Shown here piece by piece: positions 35,039 through 44,216 of a stretch of 64,000 bases of DNA. The notes below the pieces were generated by a model that ran no database searches, was not told the origin of the DNA, and was given only the letters and a program-made list of their open reading frames with translations. Source of the DNA: Anaerolineae bacterium (GTDB taxonomy: Bacteria; Chloroflexota; Anaerolineae; S140-20); contig JALUTT010000152.1 of the NCBI GenBank assembly GCA_027021705.1, forward strand, positions 22,109 through 86,108, read 5' to 3'. Both the position numbers and the translations under genes were made by a program. Position 1 is the stretch's first letter. Every line of letters starts with the position of its first letter.

Positions 35039-36145
35039 TCAGCGCGTGATGATGCCACCCCCCAGCACCTCATCGTCCTGGTAGAAGACGATGCTCTGGC
35101 CGGGTGTGACGCCCCGCTGGGGCTCGTCGAACCGGACCTCCACGTCGCCGTCCGGGAGCGGGATGACGGTGACCGGCGTCTCGGGGGCCCGGTAGCGGAT
35201 CTGGGCCTGGGCCCGAAAGGGAGCCTCGGGGGCCTGACCGCGGATCCAGTGGACCTGGGTCGCCCGGCAGGTGCGTCGCCGGAGCGCCTCGGCCGGCCCC
35301 ACGATGAGGGCGTTCTCCGCCGGGTCCAGGGCCACGACGTAGAGGGGCTGTGGGGCCTCGCCGGGCCGGCCCGGTCGGGCGGTGAGGCCGAGCCCCTTCC
35401 GCTGCCCGACGGTGTAGAAGGGCAGCCCCCGGTGTTCCCCCAGCACCCGGCCGGCCAGGTCACGGATGGGGCCGGGGCGGATCGTCTCCGGGGCCTGGCG
35501 CTGGAGGAAGCGGCGGTAGTCCTCGTCGGCGACGAAGCAGAGGTCCTGACTCTCCGCCCGCTCGGCCACAGGCAGCCCCATCTCGCGGGCCATCTGGCGC
35601 ACCCGGGCTTTGGTGTAGCTCCCCACCGGGAAGAGGGTGTGGGCCAGCGCGTGCTGGTCCAGCCGGTAGAGGGCGTAGGACTGGTCCTTGGGCCGGTCCA
35701 CGCCCCGCAGCAGGCGGTAGGTGCCGCCCTCGTGGCGGATGCGGGCGTAGTGGCCGGTGGCCAGGTAGTCGGCCCCCAGGGCCAGGGCTCGGTTCAGGAG
35801 CCAGCCGAAGCGGATCCGCTGGTTGCAGAGGATGCAGGGATTGGGCGTGCGGCCGGCCGCGTACTCGGCGATGAAGTAGGCGACCACCTCCCGACGGAAG
35901 CGCTCGGCGACGTTGACCAGGTGGAAGGGGATCTCCAGGATGTCGGCCACCCGCTGGGCGACGTACTGGGCGTCCAGCGTGCAGCAACGGTTGGCCGGCC
36001 CCTGTCCGTTGTCGGCCTCGCTCCAGAGGCGGAGCATCATCCCGATGACCTGATGCCCCTGCCGGACCAGGAGGGCCGCGGCCACCGAACTGTCTACGCC
36101 GCCGCTCATGGCGACGACGATCCGTCGTCGCTCCTGAGAGGTCAC
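35039..36145 (-). CDS. mnmA: tRNA 2-thiouridylase MnmA
   Basis: AMSGGVDSS, GRTPNPCILCN, ATGHYA, KDQSY, ESQDLCF, YTVGQRKG and TPGQS motifs; GTG 36145. Confidence 0.96.
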   Translation of the reverse strand: MTSQERRRIVVAMSGGVDSSVAAALLVRQGHQVIGMMLRLWSEADNGQGPANRCCTLDAQYVAQRVADILEIPFHLVNVAERFRREVVAYFIAEYAAGRTPNPCILCNQRIRFGWLLNRALALGADYLATGHYARIRHEGGTYRLLRGVDRPKDQSYALYRLDQHALAHTLFPVGSYTKARVRQMAREMGLPVAERAESQDLCFVADEDYRRFLQRQAPETIRPGPIRDLAGRVLGEHRGLPFYTVGQRKGLGLTARPGRPGEAPQPLYVVALDPAENALIVGPAEALRRRTCRATQVHWIRGQAPEAPFRAQAQIRYRAPETPVTVIPLPDGDVEVRFDEPQRGVTPGQSIVFYQDDEVLGGGIITR

Positions 36146-36147
36146 CT

Positions 36148-37338
36148 TCAGCTTCCCCCCGGTGCCCCGATGGGGCTCATCTCCCGCAGCCGTTCGACCA
36201 GGGGGGGCAGGACCTCCAGCACGGCGTCCACATCCTCCTCCCGGTTCTGGTGGCCGAAGGTGAAGCGGAGTCCGCCGACGCCCCACTCGTAGGGGAGCCC
36301 CATCGCCTGCAGGACGGAGGAGGGCTCAGGATCGCCCGTTGTGCAGGCGGAGCCGGTGCTGGCAGCGATCCCCTCCAGGTCCAGTCCCAGCAGCAGGGCT
36401 TCCCCATCCACACCCCGGATGGCGAAGCTGGCGTTGTGGGGCAGCCGCTGGGTGGGGTGGCCGGTCAACTGGATGTCAGGGATGCGCTCCAGCAGCCCTT
36501 CGATGAGCCGGTCGCGCAGGCGGCGCAGCCGGGCGTTCTCCTCCTCCCGGTTGGTCCGGGTGAGGCGCAGGGCGGTGGCCAGGCCGACGATGCCGGCGAC
36601 GTTGACGGTGCCGGGCCGGTGCCCCCGCTCGTGGCCGCCGCCGGTCAGGGCCGGGACCAGCTTGGTCCCCCGCCGGACGTAGAGGACGCCGACGCCCTTG
36701 GGGCCGTAGAATTTGTGGGCAGAGAGGGCCAGCAGGTCCACGTTCAGGGCCTGCACGTCCAGGTCGAGGGTGCCGCCGGCCTGCACCGCGTCGGTGTGGA
36801 AGGGGATCTGGTGCTCGCGGGCGATGCGACCGATCTCGGCGATGGGCTGGATGGTGCCGACCTCGTTGTTGGCGTACATCACGCTGATGAGGATGGTCTC
36901 CTTGCGCAGGGCGGCCCGCACGTCGTCGGGGTCCACCATCCCGTAGCGGTCCACGGGCAGAAAGGTGACCTCGAAGCCGAAGAGGTCCCGGAGCTGCTCG
37001 GCGGTGTGGCTGACGGCGTGGTGTTCGATGGCGGTGGTGATGATGTGGTGGCCCCGGCCGGCCTTGCGGGCGGCCCAGGCGATCCCCCGCAGGGCCAGGT
37101 TGTCCGACTCGGTGCCGCAACTGGTGAAGACGATCTCGGTGGGGTGGCAGTTCAGCTCGGCGGCCACTTGGGCGCGGGCCTCCTCCAGGGCACGGGCGGC
37201 CTGCCGGCCGAATTCGTGCAGGGAGGCGCTGTTCCCGTAGATCTCGTTCCAGTAGGGGGCCATCGCTTCGACCACCCGGGGGTCCACCGGTGTCGTCGCC
37301 GCGTGGTCCAGGTAGATCCGTCGTCGGGTCTTCATCAC
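36148..37338 (-). CDS. iscS: Cysteine desulfurase (IscS/NifS)
   Basis: YLDHAATTP, NNEVGT, HTDAVQ, SAHKFYGPKG and STGSAC motifs. Confidence 0.93.
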   Translation of the reverse strand: MMKTRRRIYLDHAATTPVDPRVVEAMAPYWNEIYGNSASLHEFGRQAARALEEARAQVAAELNCHPTEIVFTSCGTESDNLALRGIAWAARKAGRGHHIITTAIEHHAVSHTAEQLRDLFGFEVTFLPVDRYGMVDPDDVRAALRKETILISVMYANNEVGTIQPIAEIGRIAREHQIPFHTDAVQAGGTLDLDVQALNVDLLALSAHKFYGPKGVGVLYVRRGTKLVPALTGGGHERGHRPGTVNVAGIVGLATALRLTRTNREEENARLRRLRDRLIEGLLERIPDIQLTGHPTQRLPHNASFAIRGVDGEALLLGLDLEGIAASTGSACTTGDPEPSSVLQAMGLPYEWGVGGLRFTFGHQNREEDVDAVLEVLPPLVERLREMSPIGAPGGS

Positions 37339-37724
37339 GGCTCGTCCTGCTCCTTTGTTTGGAGTTTCTGCCGGGCGAATGCCAGAAACTCCCGCACGGC
37401 TTTCTCCGGCTGCTTGCTAAGATGGCTTTCCGTCACGTGGTCCTCACGGCCGTTGTGAAAGTGATGCGGAAAGGTGCTGACAGACTCCCATCGCTTATGG
37501 GGGGCATTATCGTGGCGGTAGATCGTGCCATCAATGGCTTGTCGTTCCCAGTGATAACTGTATCGTCCAAGCAGTTTCAACGAGAACCAGATGTCTATGA
37601 AGCTACCATCTACGAGGATGATGCGGAGCTCGTTGACATCAGGTGTGAAGGTTTCCACAACGATGTCGGCGAACTCTAGTTCAGCGATCTCCCGGAGTCT
37701 TTCAATGTCTACTAGGTTCATCAA
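37335..37724 (-). CDS. TumE/DUF6516-like putative toxin
   Basis: YSYHW..IYRHDNAPH..STFPHHFH; lower GC than flanks. Confidence 0.72.
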   Translation of the reverse strand: MMNLVDIERLREIAELEFADIVVETFTPDVNELRIILVDGSFIDIWFSLKLLGRYSYHWERQAIDGTIYRHDNAPHKRWESVSTFPHHFHNGREDHVTESHLSKQPEKAVREFLAFARQKLQTKEQDEP

Positions 37725-38010
37725 AGGCCTCGAGGAGTTTGAGAAGGCGATCTCGCTTGTACTCTAAGTGGTCTAGGCGTTGCAGGTCTCGCCAGCTATC
37801 GGCTTCCTCGAGAGTGCCATTCCGATAACGGGCTTCCATATCTTCGACGCTTGAAACTCCGTAACGGCCAATGATCTGAAATATCTCAGCCCTGACTTGC
37901 CGAAGTTGGTGCTCCAAGAGAGTTCGCAACCCCTGTCTTAGCGCGTCCTCTTCGGAGATATGGAGCTCTTGGGCTACGGCCTTTAGCATCGTCTGGGTTT
38001 TGGGCGTCAT
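37702..38010 (-). CDS. Putative antitoxin partner
   Basis: RYGVSSVEDM..GTLEE..WRDLQRLDHLE; overlaps the toxin-like gene; same lower GC. Confidence 0.62.
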   Translation of the reverse strand: MTPKTQTMLKAVAQELHISEEDALRQGLRTLLEHQLRQVRAEIFQIIGRYGVSSVEDMEARYRNGTLEEADSWRDLQRLDHLEYKRDRLLKLLEAFDEPSRH

Positions 38011-38102
38011 AAGACGTTCCTCGCTAGTTCAAGGAGCTTTTCCTTCGTGGTCCTGGAGTATTCTAGCATGGAGGGCGGAGGGCGTCAACGGACGGCAGCA
38101 CC

Positions 38103-38585
38103 TCACGAAGCGCTGGCCATCTCCCGCAGGGCCTGAAGGGCCAGGCGGACGCTGTCGTCCGGGCGCACCCGCACCCGCCGGTCCACGATGCGCCCCTCCT
38201 CGTCAATGACGAAGTGGCTGCGCAGCACGCCCATATAGGTCCGCCCGAAGCTCTTCTTCTCCCCCCACACGCCGTACTTCTCGGCGATGGCGTGATCCTC
38301 GTCCACCAGCAGGTGGAAGGGGAGGTCGTGCTTTGCCCTGAACTTCTGGTGGCTTGCCTGTCCGTCGGGGCTGACACCCAGGACGACGGCGTTGAGGGCC
38401 GTCAGCTCGTCGTAGTGGTCTCGAAAGCCCACCGCCTGCCGGGTGCAGCCGGGGGTGTTGTCCTTGGGGTAGAAGTAGAGGACGACGCGCTTGCCTCGGA
38501 AATCGCTCAGCCGCACGGTCTCGCCCGTGTCGGTGAGCGCCTCGAAGTCCGGGGCCAGATCGCCGATCTCGGGTTGGGTGGTCAT
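38103..38585 (-). CDS. bcp: Peroxiredoxin BCP/PrxQ
   Basis: YFYPKDNTPGCT, GVSPD and RSHFVIDEEG motifs. Confidence 0.93.
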   Translation of the reverse strand: MTTQPEIGDLAPDFEALTDTGETVRLSDFRGKRVVLYFYPKDNTPGCTRQAVGFRDHYDELTALNAVVLGVSPDGQASHQKFRAKHDLPFHLLVDEDHAIAEKYGVWGEKKSFGRTYMGVLRSHFVIDEEGRIVDRRVRVRPDDSVRLALQALREMASAS

Positions 38586-38641
38586 CGCTCCCTCCTGTGG
38601 TCAGGTCTCTCCGGTACGGATGGGTCCGGGGGATGAGGGGC

Positions 38642-39487
38642 TTATGCCCGCAGGCTGCGCAGGACCCGCAGGTTCTCGATGTCCTCGTGCAGGTCGGCGC
38701 TCTTGGGCGTCTCCAGCAGGCCCGGCAGCTCGGCCAGCCGCTCGTCGTTCAGCAGGAGCCGGAAAGCCTCCAGCCCCAGCTTCCCCTGGCCGATGTGAGC
38801 GTGGCGGTCCTTGCGGGAGCCCAGGTCTCCCTTGCTGTCGTTCAGGTGGACGACTTTCAGCCGCTCCAGGCCGATGATGGCGTCGAAGGCGTCCATCGTC
38901 TCCCGGTAGCCTTCGGGGGTGCGGATCTCGTAGCCGGCGGCGAAGACGTGGCAGGTGTCGTAGCAGACGCCCAACCGCTCCCCCTGGGGCGTGTTCTCCA
39001 ACAGCCAGGCCAGGTGCTCGAAGCGGTAGCCCAGGTTCGTCCCCTGGCCGGCCGTCGTCTCCAGGAGGATTTGGGTCTTGTAGCCGGGCGTCTGCTCGTG
39101 GACCCAGCCCAGGGCTTCGGCCACCCGGGCCAGCCCTGCCTCCTCGCCGCTTCCCGTGTGGGAGCCGGGGTGGAGCACCAGGTAGGGCACCCCCAGCACC
39201 TCGCTGCGCTGGACTTCGTCCAGCAGGGCCTCCCGGGATTTCAGCCACAGCTCCTCCTGGGGCGTTCCCAGGTTGATCAGGTAGGCGGCGTGGGCGACCA
39301 CCGGGTAGATGTCGCCCCGGGCGGCCTCTTCGTGGAAGCGCTCGACTTCCTTGGCCGTGTAGGGTTTGCCCTTCCACTGGCGGCTGCTCTTGAGGAAGAT
39401 CTGAATGGCGTCGCAGCCGGCCTTCCGGCCCAGGGCAAAGGCGCGGTAGACGCCGCCGGCGATGGACATGTGGGCACCAAGGCGCAT
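38642..39487 (-). CDS. nfo: Endonuclease IV
   Basis: GAHMSIAGG, HAAYLINL, HPGS, LETTAGQG, DTCH, HLNDSK, DRHAHIG and LETP motifs. Confidence 0.96.
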   Translation of the reverse strand: MRLGAHMSIAGGVYRAFALGRKAGCDAIQIFLKSSRQWKGKPYTAKEVERFHEEAARGDIYPVVAHAAYLINLGTPQEELWLKSREALLDEVQRSEVLGVPYLVLHPGSHTGSGEEAGLARVAEALGWVHEQTPGYKTQILLETTAGQGTNLGYRFEHLAWLLENTPQGERLGVCYDTCHVFAAGYEIRTPEGYRETMDAFDAIIGLERLKVVHLNDSKGDLGSRKDRHAHIGQGKLGLEAFRLLLNDERLAELPGLLETPKSADLHEDIENLRVLRSLRA

Positions 39488-39534
39488 AGAAACCTCCCGG
39501 CGTGTTACGTGTTGCGTGCTGCGGATGGAGCAGG

Positions 39535-40368
39535 TCAGGGGAGGGCGGGGCGGGCCTCCCGCTCCACCAATCGGCGGTAGCGAGCCAGCAGTTCCTGCGT
39601 CACCGGGCCCGGCTTCCCCTCCCCGATGGGGGTGTCGTCAATGCGCACCACGGGCATCACCTCGCGGGAGGAGCTGGTGATGAAGGCTTCGTCGAGGGTG
39701 TCCAGTTCCTCCCGGCGGATGGGGCGCAGGCGCACCGGCAGGAGGGGCCGGGCCAGTTCCAGGACGATGGCCCGGGTGATCCCCTCCAGGACCTGGGCGC
39801 CGGCCGTGTAGAGCACCCCCTCCCGGAGGGCGAAAAAGTTGCTGGTGAGCCCCTCCAGGAGCTCCCCCGCCGGCCCCACCCTCAGCGCTTCGTGGATGCC
39901 CGGGGGCAGTTGCTCGTAGACCCGGCGGGAGGGGGCGATGAAGGCGGTCGTCTTGGCGCGGGGGTGCTGGCGCTGCAGGGGCACGGTGGTGCAGGCCACC
40001 CCCTCTTCGTATAGCGATGATGGGTATGGCGCGAAAGGTTCGATCGCCACGTAGAGCTGATGGGGCCGGGCGAAGGTCCAGATCAGCCGCAGGCGGGATT
40101 CGGGGAAGCCGGCCCGTGCCACCGCTGCCGCCAATGCCCGCCGGGCCTCCTGGCGATCCAGCGGACCGTTGTAGCCCAGCAGCCGGGCCGAACGTTCCAG
40201 GCGGTCCAGGTGGGCCTCCAGCCGCAGGAAGCGGTCACCCCCATACGTCCGCATCGTGGTGTAGGCCCCCTGGGGGAGGGCCAGCGTGGCCTCCCGGAGG
40301 GTGCGGGCGGAGGTCGGCAGTTCTACCAGGCCCTGCGGGTCCGCCCGAAACAGGCGCACTTTCGTCAT
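39535..40368 (-). CDS. Aminotransferase class IV family protein
   Basis: GAYTTMR, LEAHLDRLERSA, AKTT, EGLTSNFF, LEGITR and EAFITSSSR motifs. Confidence 0.88.
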   Translation of the reverse strand: MTKVRLFRADPQGLVELPTSARTLREATLALPQGAYTTMRTYGGDRFLRLEAHLDRLERSARLLGYNGPLDRQEARRALAAAVARAGFPESRLRLIWTFARPHQLYVAIEPFAPYPSSLYEEGVACTTVPLQRQHPRAKTTAFIAPSRRVYEQLPPGIHEALRVGPAGELLEGLTSNFFALREGVLYTAGAQVLEGITRAIVLELARPLLPVRLRPIRREELDTLDEAFITSSSREVMPVVRIDDTPIGEGKPGPVTQELLARYRRLVEREARPALP

Positions 40369-40505
40369 CGTCACCTCGTTGTGGTCCCAGGCACTGCCTG
40401 CAAGTATAACACGGAACTCCCCGACTGCCAACGGGAGATTGCCGTTTTTGTAGATACGGAGTATAATTATCCGCCAACCGCCCACGTGATTGAGGAAAGG
40501 GAACG

Positions 40506-40949
40506 ATGATCCTGGAGATACCGACCGAGATTCTGGAGCAGATCCACGCCCACGGCGAGCAAGCCTACCCCGAGGAGGGGGCCGGCCTCCTGCTGGGGAG
40601 GGAGGAGGACGACCGCCGACAGGTGGTGGCCATCCTGACCCTGCCCAACGCCCGCGAGGCCTCCGCTCGCCACCATCGCTACCTGATCACCCCGGAGGAC
40701 ATGCTGCGGGGCGAGCAGGAGGCGATCCGTCGGGGGCTGGACGTGATCGGTGTGTTTCACTCCCATCCCGATCACCCCAGCCGGCCCTCCGACTTCGACC
40801 GTACCTGGGCGTTGCCCTGGTTCTCCTACGTCATCACCAGCGTGCAGCAAGGGCGAGCCGTGGAAAGCCGCTCCTGGCGGCTGTCGGATGACCGGGCGCG
40901 GTTTCTGGAGGAGCAGATCGTGGTGCGCGGGGCGGGGGGTGGGGAGTAA
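40506..40949 (+). CDS. JAB/Mov34 (M67) metallopeptidase, Mec/QbsD-like
   Basis: YPEEGAGLL and FHSHPDHPSRPSDFD (JAMM motif). Confidence 0.92.
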   Translation: MILEIPTEILEQIHAHGEQAYPEEGAGLLLGREEDDRRQVVAILTLPNAREASARHHRYLITPEDMLRGEQEAIRRGLDVIGVFHSHPDHPSRPSDFDRTWALPWFSYVITSVQQGRAVESRSWRLSDDRARFLEEQIVVRGAGGGE

Positions 40950-41028
40950 GGGGCAAGTTGCAAGTTGCAAGGGGCAAGAAGCAAGAACAAGGAGTTAGGT
41001 GCAATCGCCTTGAAGGGAGCCTTTAGAA

Positions 41029-41547
41029 ATGTTTACTAAAACATCACCTCACAAGTATAAAATTCTTTACACTCTGCTTTTGACAATGCTCTCCTCTGTT
41101 GTGCTGCTTAGTGCGTGTGGTCCACGAGAAATAGAACTGCCTTTTGAAACCATTGAGCGATCCAACTATAGCCCGCGATATGAGAAGAAAAAACCAGGGT
41201 TGATGATCATCGCCACCGAAGACGAGATAAACCAATTAATTGGCTTTGTCACCCCTAAAGCAATAAGCCGGTTGCAGGAGATTGATTATAACAAGTACTT
41301 TGTTGTGGTTGCTTTCCTGGGTTGGTATCGCAAAGTCCATGAGGGCATTCGCGTCGAACAAGTTATTTGCCGGAACAATTCAATCTCTATCTATGCGCAG
41401 GTGGGAGAGCTTACGGGTAAAGATGCCATATCTTCTCCTTACCAGGTAATTAAAGTGCAAAAAGTGGGACGATGGGGTGCGGAGATTGATTTCGCTTTGG
41501 TGATTGATAGAAACACGGTAGCATCACAGTCACACTATATTCCCTAA
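41029..41547 (+). CDS. Lipoprotein with PrcB C-terminal-like domain
   Basis: Lipobox LLSAC; VVVAFLG..GIRVEQV..ISSPYQVIKV pattern. Confidence 0.6.
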   Translation: MFTKTSPHKYKILYTLLLTMLSSVVLLSACGPREIELPFETIERSNYSPRYEKKKPGLMIIATEDEINQLIGFVTPKAISRLQEIDYNKYFVVVAFLGWYRKVHEGIRVEQVICRNNSISIYAQVGELTGKDAISSPYQVIKVQKVGRWGAEIDFALVIDRNTVASQSHYIP

Positions 41548-43775
41548 TGCCACACCAAATATCTCAGTATTCTGTAGGGAAGAAAAGGATGAACAGACGA
41601 ATCGCATCTAATATCTTAACAGCTCTTTTTGTCCTCGGCCTTGCGGTTTTTGCTTTCTTCAACCGCCCATCTGCCCGGACGCAAGTCCTCTCGGCCTCTT
41701 TTGACTCGCCGCTAACGATTCCTGAGACGTTCGATTCACCTTTACCTACCCCTACTCCTTCTCCCACACTCTTACGAGGGCCATCAGAGGCGGCTCAGAA
41801 AGCCTTGCATTATATTGCTCAACGTGGAGGTATCTCACCTCAAGAGTTGGTCGTTGTCACTGACCATCCAGCAGTATATCCAAATCTGGGGCGTAAATTC
41901 CAAGTGGTAACGATATTGGACATCAGACCCGAAGGACGATTCTACAGCTTGCTGGTGGACTTGGACAACGGCCATATCGAAGAGGACTTGGCAGCCGTTC
42001 GTGAAGCCGAGGAGAAGGTCTACCTGGACCGCTATGGGAGGTTGGAACCAGCCCTCTACAAGCGGTTGCAGGAGGTTGATGAAGGAGAGGTTTTACCGGT
42101 TGCTATTTGGGTGGCCGGAAAGTCTCAACGCAGCCAGGAAGATCTCTTTACTGCTGTAGCGGCCCGGTTTCCCGAAGCACGGGCGGCGCTAGCTCGTTCC
42201 GGCAAGCCATGGGATGTGGAAGACTCCGAGTTGGCTGCCCGCATCAAGGCCGAATACAACCGGTTAAGTGCAACAAATACGACAGCACGGATTGAGCCGC
42301 TGCTTAGTTATTTGAAGCAGCAGGGAGTCGAAATAAGGACTTATGGCGCATTACCCTCAGTGACGGCCCGGCTGACGAAGCACCAAATACTGGAATTATC
42401 TCGATATGAGGAAGTGGCAGTGATATATCTGATTGAAGAAGAAGGCCATAAAGATTTGGACGTTGCCGTTCCCGCTGGCTTGGTGCCCGTTGTGTGGGAT
42501 CGAGGATTTGACGGTTCCGGAGTTTCCATAGCTATTCTTGAAAGCGGAAATATCGATTCCAACGTAACTTGCCTGAACATATCCGATACGCGAAACTCTC
42601 CTCAAGGTACCGATGCTCATAAGACGCAGGTAGCGGCTATATCTGCCTGTGATCACAATACGTATAGGGGGGTAGCTCCAGGAGCAACATTGTTAGATGC
42701 TGGATTCGATAGGAGTGGTTGGATCACTTCGCAGGAAGATGCCGTTGATGCGCTACGTTGGGCGGTTGAATCACCTTACATGGCATCGGTGGTAAACATA
42801 AGTGAAGGTTGGGAAGAGGATAATTACATACACTGGACTGACCGGGCTTTCGACTACTGGGCGCGTCACGAGTTTGTTTTAATCACCAAGTCGGCCGGAA
42901 ATAGTGGTGATAGCATCACCTCACCGGGCAAAGGGTGGAATCTCTTGACAGTGGGAGGATTTGATGATCATGACACCATTGGATGGGGGGATGATACGAT
43001 ATTTGCCCTCTCCGCATACTCCAATCCAGTAAGCCTAAGCGGGGACCGAGAAAAGCCTGAGATTGTAGCACCTGCTGTAGATATCACAACCATCAGCGCA
43101 GGGAACAATCTTGTAATCGGAACTGGTACCAGCTACGCAGCTCCTCAGGTGGCAGGGCTTGCTGCTTTGTTGATAGACCGGAACAGCGCTTTATCAGCTT
43201 GGCCTGAAGCCATCCGAGCGATCATTATGGCTTCGGCTACTCACAACATAGTCGGCCCAACAGGAATTCCCACAGGGCAGGAATTACAAGATGGTGCCGG
43301 TGCGATCAATGCAGCTTTTGCCGACGATATCGCTCAAAATCGCAATACTTCTCCGACTACCCCCTGCGAGGAATCTTGTTGGTGGGGGGCGGGAACAAGT
43401 GGGGTGTCAGAAGGTGACTATCTGTATCGCTACTTCAATGCGACCGCTGGTCAGTACATTCGCGTTGCTATCTCTTGGTGGTCTCGAGCCGATTCTCCGG
43501 GCAATAATTACACCTTCGACCGCCTGGATACCGACCTGAATCTGGGGGTTCAATACTTCAACGGTAGTTGGTGGGAATGGGTGCCCGGTGCCTGGTCGGC
43601 CAGTTGGGACAATAACTACGAACTGGTGGAGCTTGTCGCGCCGGAGACGGGGAGTTACCGAATTGCTGTGCATAAAGCGCATGTCTACAATAACGAGACA
43701 AGTAACTTTGTCGGGATTGCACTGCTCAAACTGCATCAGGCTTATCTTCCGATAGTAATGAGGAACTATCCTTGA
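41547..43775 (+). CDS. Secreted S8 subtilase with C-terminal YLPIVMR motif
   Basis: IAILESG, AHKTQVA, KSAGN, KPEIVAP, GTSYAAPQVAG and GAGAINA motifs; signal peptide. Start may be 41589. Confidence 0.9.
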   Translation: MPHQISQYSVGKKRMNRRIASNILTALFVLGLAVFAFFNRPSARTQVLSASFDSPLTIPETFDSPLPTPTPSPTLLRGPSEAAQKALHYIAQRGGISPQELVVVTDHPAVYPNLGRKFQVVTILDIRPEGRFYSLLVDLDNGHIEEDLAAVREAEEKVYLDRYGRLEPALYKRLQEVDEGEVLPVAIWVAGKSQRSQEDLFTAVAARFPEARAALARSGKPWDVEDSELAARIKAEYNRLSATNTTARIEPLLSYLKQQGVEIRTYGALPSVTARLTKHQILELSRYEEVAVIYLIEEEGHKDLDVAVPAGLVPVVWDRGFDGSGVSIAILESGNIDSNVTCLNISDTRNSPQGTDAHKTQVAAISACDHNTYRGVAPGATLLDAGFDRSGWITSQEDAVDALRWAVESPYMASVVNISEGWEEDNYIHWTDRAFDYWARHEFVLITKSAGNSGDSITSPGKGWNLLTVGGFDDHDTIGWGDDTIFALSAYSNPVSLSGDREKPEIVAPAVDITTISAGNNLVIGTGTSYAAPQVAGLAALLIDRNSALSAWPEAIRAIIMASATHNIVGPTGIPTGQELQDGAGAINAAFADDIAQNRNTSPTTPCEESCWWGAGTSGVSEGDYLYRYFNATAGQYIRVAISWWSRADSPGNNYTFDRLDTDLNLGVQYFNGSWWEWVPGAWSASWDNNYELVELVAPETGSYRIAVHKAHVYNNETSNFVGIALLKLHQAYLPIVMRNYP

Positions 43776-43808
43776 GGCAAAACAGAGAAGACAGAGAAGA
43801 TGGATTGC

Positions 43809-43890
43809 GCCTAATCCCTCGCTACAGCCGACTGCTCCCTCGGCGGCTTCACCGTCTCGGTCGCAGCGGATGAACTCAATGCTGTTAGGA
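43809..43890 (+). other. attC-like recombination site
   Basis: R'' GCCTAAT, 5-nt spacer, L'' GCTACAGC, CG(A)CTGC/GCAGCG stem, L' GATGAAC, R' GTTAGGA; 82 bp. Confidence 0.72.
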
Positions 43891-43898
43891 GGAGACTG

Positions 43899-44216
43899 AT
43901 GCCAATTCTACGACTTCCTACGCCTTTACGACCCTACGCCGATGGTCAGCGGGAGGTTGCGGTCCAGGGTGAGACGGTGGCCGAGGTTCTCAAGGACCTG
44001 ACGGCCCGTTACCCGGCCCTGCGTCCGCACCTCTTCGACGATGGGGGCGAACTGCGGCCTTTTGTCAACCTCTTTCTGAACGACGAGGACATCCGCTACC
44101 TGCAGGGGGTGGAGACCCGCCTGGAGGAAGGGGATCGTCTGATGATCGTGCCCAGCATTGCCGGCGGCACGAACCGGGAGGGATCCGATGGCTGCGCTAC
44201 CAGAGCTTTCGCGTGA
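43899..44216 (+). CDS. MoaD/ThiS/CysO ubiquitin-like sulfur carrier with a C-terminal extension after GG
   Basis: LPTPLR, FVNLFLNDEDIR and IVPSIAGG, followed by 15 further residues. Confidence 0.9.
   Translation: MPILRLPTPLRPYADGQREVAVQGETVAEVLKDLTARYPALRPHLFDDGGELRPFVNLFLNDEDIRYLQGVETRLEEGDRLMIVPSIAGGTNREGSDGCATRAFA

Larger units (their letters stand above)
40995..43884 (+). mobile_element. Solo integron-type gene cassette (no integrase in window)
   Basis: Starts G|TTAGGTGCAATC and ends in an attC-like site. GATTGCGCCTAAT (43803-43815) matches the reverse complement of the start at 11/13. GC is visibly lower. Confidence 0.75.
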
